A stretch of DNA of 64,000 nucleotides from Vicugna vicugna (taxonomy: Eukaryota): the NCBI GenBank assembly GCA_013265495.1, contig MU062548.1:1584901-1648900 (forward strand), read 5' to 3'. Of the stretch, positions 11,700 to 64,000 are shown in pieces. The stretch's first letter is position 1, and each line of letters starts with the position of its first letter. A model generated the notes under the pieces. It saw nothing but the letters and a program-made list of their open reading frames with translations. It did not search any database and had not been told where the DNA came from. The position numbers and the translations under genes are program-made.

Positions 11700-13406
11700 N
11701 NNCCTCTCCGCGAGGCTGAGGGAGAGGTGAAGGATGGCGGTGGAATGAATGACACAGGCGGGGTCTGAGTGGGGAAGGGGCAGGATCAGGAAGCTGGGAG
11801 AAGAGGAAGACCACGTCAGCACGCGGGCGGGCTGCCAGTGGTCTCGGGCACAAAGGTTCCCCACTGGCTGCATCTCTGGCCCATTAAACAACTTGGTCCT
11901 GTGGGAGTAAGGGGGTGTGAGCTGGCTTCTGCAGAAGAAGCTCCCCTAATCCTTGCCGGGAGGAATTGCCACTCAGGGGGATCTTTTTTGCACTTGGGGG
12001 TTCCAAGGATGGATGGGGTGGGGTGGCTTAAGCACAGTGTATATCTTTATAAAACTCACATAAGAATGGGAGGTTTCACACGGGCCTCTCACGGAATGAT
12101 GAAAGAGAGGCAGACACAGGGCATGGGCATGTGGGAAACGGGGAGGTATGGAGAGGTGGACGACAAGCAATCTATACAGAAGAAGCATTGGCTTTCTTTG
12201 TTCCCTACAATGGGACGATTAGTAGGGACTCCGTGTCTTCACTCCCAGGAAGGTTGTAGGGTGGGGGGCGGTGACGGCAGCAGATGTGTGTCNNNNNNNN
12301 NNNNNNNNNNNNNNNNNNNNNNNNNNNNNNNNNNNNNNNNNNNNNNNNNNNNNNNNNNNNNNNNNNNNNNNNNNNNNNNNNNNNNNNNNNNNNNNNNNNN
12401 NNNNNNNNNNNNNNNNNNNNNNNNNNNNNNNNNNNNNNNNNNNNNNNNNNNNNNNNNNNNNNNNNNNNNNNNNNNNNNNNNNNNNNNNNNNNNNNNNNNN
12501 NNNNNNNNNNNNNACCCCCCACCCCCGACCAGGACAGTCGGTCTGGTAGAGATGTTGAGAGGAGCCGCTCGCCGGCAACAACAGCCCCTGCGCTCAGCCA
12601 GGCTGGGCCAGGCGGGCTCCGAGGCCTGCACTGGGTCTCCCCAGGGCAGACGTGTTCACCAGGTACCTTACCCAGAACTTGTGGGGTGACCTCAGATGCT
12701 TGCTCCCTAGTGGACTGAGCTGCCCTGCCCGTCAGTGAGGGGCAGGGCACTTTGGGGATGGGATGGCTGGTGTGGAGCTACTGGGCCTGGGGGCGAGCAC
12801 GCCTGAGGCCGCCAGCCTGTCAGGCTGGCTGCAAACAGCCCTGTGTGGCTGTTTTCTGCAGACCTACCACCTGGGCATGGGCCCTCTGGGGTGGCTCCTG
12901 CCGAGTGAGTGTGAGACCAGGGGGGGCGGGCACATCTCCGCTGAGTGCCCTCCCCCACCTCTGCTCGATTGGCGCCCTGGCCTGCAACTACTGCCACTGC
13001 TCCTGGGAGGGGAACAGATGCCAGGAGGAGCTCAAGGCCCACAGGCCTCCTGCTTCAGGCCTGTCTCCCTCCCGCCCCCAAACTGGAGCAGCAAGTGAGC
13101 CTGATGGCACGTCTCAGCCCTAGAGAAGAGAGAAAATATACCTCTGTAGCGGACGTAGTGATGGGGGGGGCCTTGGCCCTCACAGTGACGCCCAGAGGCC
13201 AGGGAAGGGGTGATGATACTCAGGGTGGCAGCTGCCTGGAGCCCTCAGGGACAGCCTCAATCCAGGGAGTTGTCACTCCCCAGAGGCTGAAGGCTTTGGG
13301 ACCCTGACTGGCCCAGCACAACACACACTCACCACAAGATGCAAAGACCACGAAGCTCAAACCTGGGACCGTGGTTGGGGAAGGGGGACAGGCCTGGGCT
13401 GATGCC
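11700..13406 (-). other. FRMPD3: Probable FRMPD3 3' UTR (3' end not determined)
   Basis: GC-rich unique sequence immediately after the stop codon. No canonical polyadenylation signal is visible, and two N-runs interrupt the region. Confidence 0.55.
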
Positions 13407-62501
<49,095 letters not shown>

Positions 62502-63499
62502 CTACAGAGAGAAGAGGGAACAGGAGAGTAGTGTATCATGCACTGGGTATTCGTCTAGCACAAGAAGCAACACCAGGATTTTCCCCTGGGCTGCATTCAG
62601 GTATATGGATTAGGACAGAGGGCAATCTAAATATCTGCATGGCTGCCTCGCCTCCCATCATTCTTAGCGGCTGACATCCACCATCTATATGTTCACACAG
62701 CCACCTGAAGACGGTATTCCCGTGATCTCTGGGGTTGTCATTTTGCAGGTCTTCTGTTTATATTCCTCCTCACATTCTCTCTGTAGAAATTCTCAAACCC
62801 TAGGAGTGATTTTATTGGTAGGCTAAAAAATTCTCCAGGCAAACTAAAGACCTGAATTATGGAACTCAAAGGGTGCACAGTCAGAGTCCTGGGAACTGTG
62901 TACCATGATTATTGGCAATTTGGTATTTAAGCAAGAGGAGAAATTCAAAGGAAAAACCCAAAGGAGGTCATTTGGTCATCATGACTCATACTCAGCAGAT
63001 TTGTTTTAATTGAAGGACCAAAAAAATGAGAGCCAGCGAGCAACAGATGGGAGCCAAGACTCTCCAGATAGCAAACATTCAAAAGGATGAAGAATTTGAC
63101 TCTTCAGACAAGAATTACACCAATGATCCAACAGGCTATGAGGTATGAAAATTCTCTCCCAGGAATACATAATCCTTTAAAAGAATTAAAAGAAATGGAA
63201 AGAGTTTGCCTTGAAGGAGCTTCCCTTCTCTTTGCTGGCCTTTTTTCAAATGTTTCTATGAACAAAGGTGTTCAGAAAGCAGAGTCAAGATGCCCTTGAT
63301 TCTGGGTATTCAAGAAGGGCCAAGGCCCCCTGCTCAAGGACTTGGAACATTTCCCATATTCAATGAGGCAGAGTCCGGGGATGGATGAGCTGTAGGGTTT
63401 GGGAAGCTCTCAGGAGAAGGAAGTTGTGTTCCAAGGAAAACCCCATGGAAAATCCTTGCACAGGGCAGGGGCCTAGTGTAAATTGGATTGTGTGACTTC

Positions 63500-64000
63500 T
63501 ATGCTCCAGCCCCTGCCACGTCTCTCCATGTCATGTAGAACAGAGCCAAAGTCCTCCCAGTAACTACCTTCTCCCCCTTCCTTAACTTATTCCACATGCT
63601 GGCTTCTCCCCTGTTCCCCATACATGCCAGCCACACTCCTGTCTTAGGGCCTTTGCACTGGCTCTCCTGGCCTTCTCTCCACACTCTTCCTTTCTTCAAG
63701 TTTTTCTTGAAATGTCACCTTCTCATTGAGGCCGACACTGGCCATGCTATTTAAAGTTGCACTCTGTACCCCTGTGCCCAGCATTCCTGATCCCGCCTTC
63801 TAGTCTTTCATAACATTTCTCGACTTCTAGTATATTGTACAATTACTTATTTAGCATGTTAATTGCTCATGCTGTGCCTCCTTCCACTAGAATGTAAACT
63901 CCAAGAGGCAAGTATTTTTGTCTGTCTTATTCACTGCTGTATACCCAGTGCCTAGAACAATGCCTGATGCACTTGATATAATGAATATTCACTGAATGAG
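63500..64000 (+). mobile_element. L2 3' fragment
   Basis: ctagaatgtaaactccaagaggc...ctgctgtatacccagtgcctagaaca...tgaatg. Confidence 0.8.

Noticed and set aside
10945-12750. Long ORFs of 261, 306 and 181 aa
   Set aside because: Their length depends on N-runs read as X; no domain-like content; they lie in or near the 3' UTR.
62502-64000. Upstream PDZ exons or start codon of FRMPD3
   Set aside because: I found no PDZ-like coding segment with suitable splice sites; these exons must lie beyond the window.

Overview
Mammalian (eukaryotic) genomic DNA, not prokaryotic. The window holds the 3' ~49 kb of a single-copy gene on the minus strand, FRMPD3 (FERM and PDZ domain containing 3; X-linked in placental mammals). 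I reconstructed 12 coding exons between 62501 and the TAG stop at 13407-13409. Every visible splice site is GT-AG and the phases join into one reading frame of about 1679 codons, assuming two exons whose donors are hidden in N-runs. The frame covers the PDZ C-terminal end, the FERM domain, a Homer-ligand/acidic region, a long disordered last exon and a helical C-terminal region containing a pure (CAG)19 polyQ. The start codon and most PDZ exons lie beyond coordinate 64000. Positions 1 to ~11500 look like repeat-rich downstream sequence. Repeats include L1, L2, MIR, MLT1/MLT2 LTRs, hAT MITEs (MER5/MER20-96/MER58/MER63-like) and six tRNA-Ala-derived SINEs of a type I associate with camelids (Vic-1-like), so the source is probably alpaca, llama or camel. 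Ten N-runs of 143-221 nt hide sequence, and four of them overlap coding exons. Most ORFs in the supplied track are spurious. I see no clearly novel multi-gene system. The best leads are regulatory: RBFOX or POU+MEF2 motif clusters, a possible truncating cassette exon, a possible internal promoter, and a polyQ placed inside a putative helical bundle. Repeat family names are from memory of consensus sequences and repeat boundaries are approximate.
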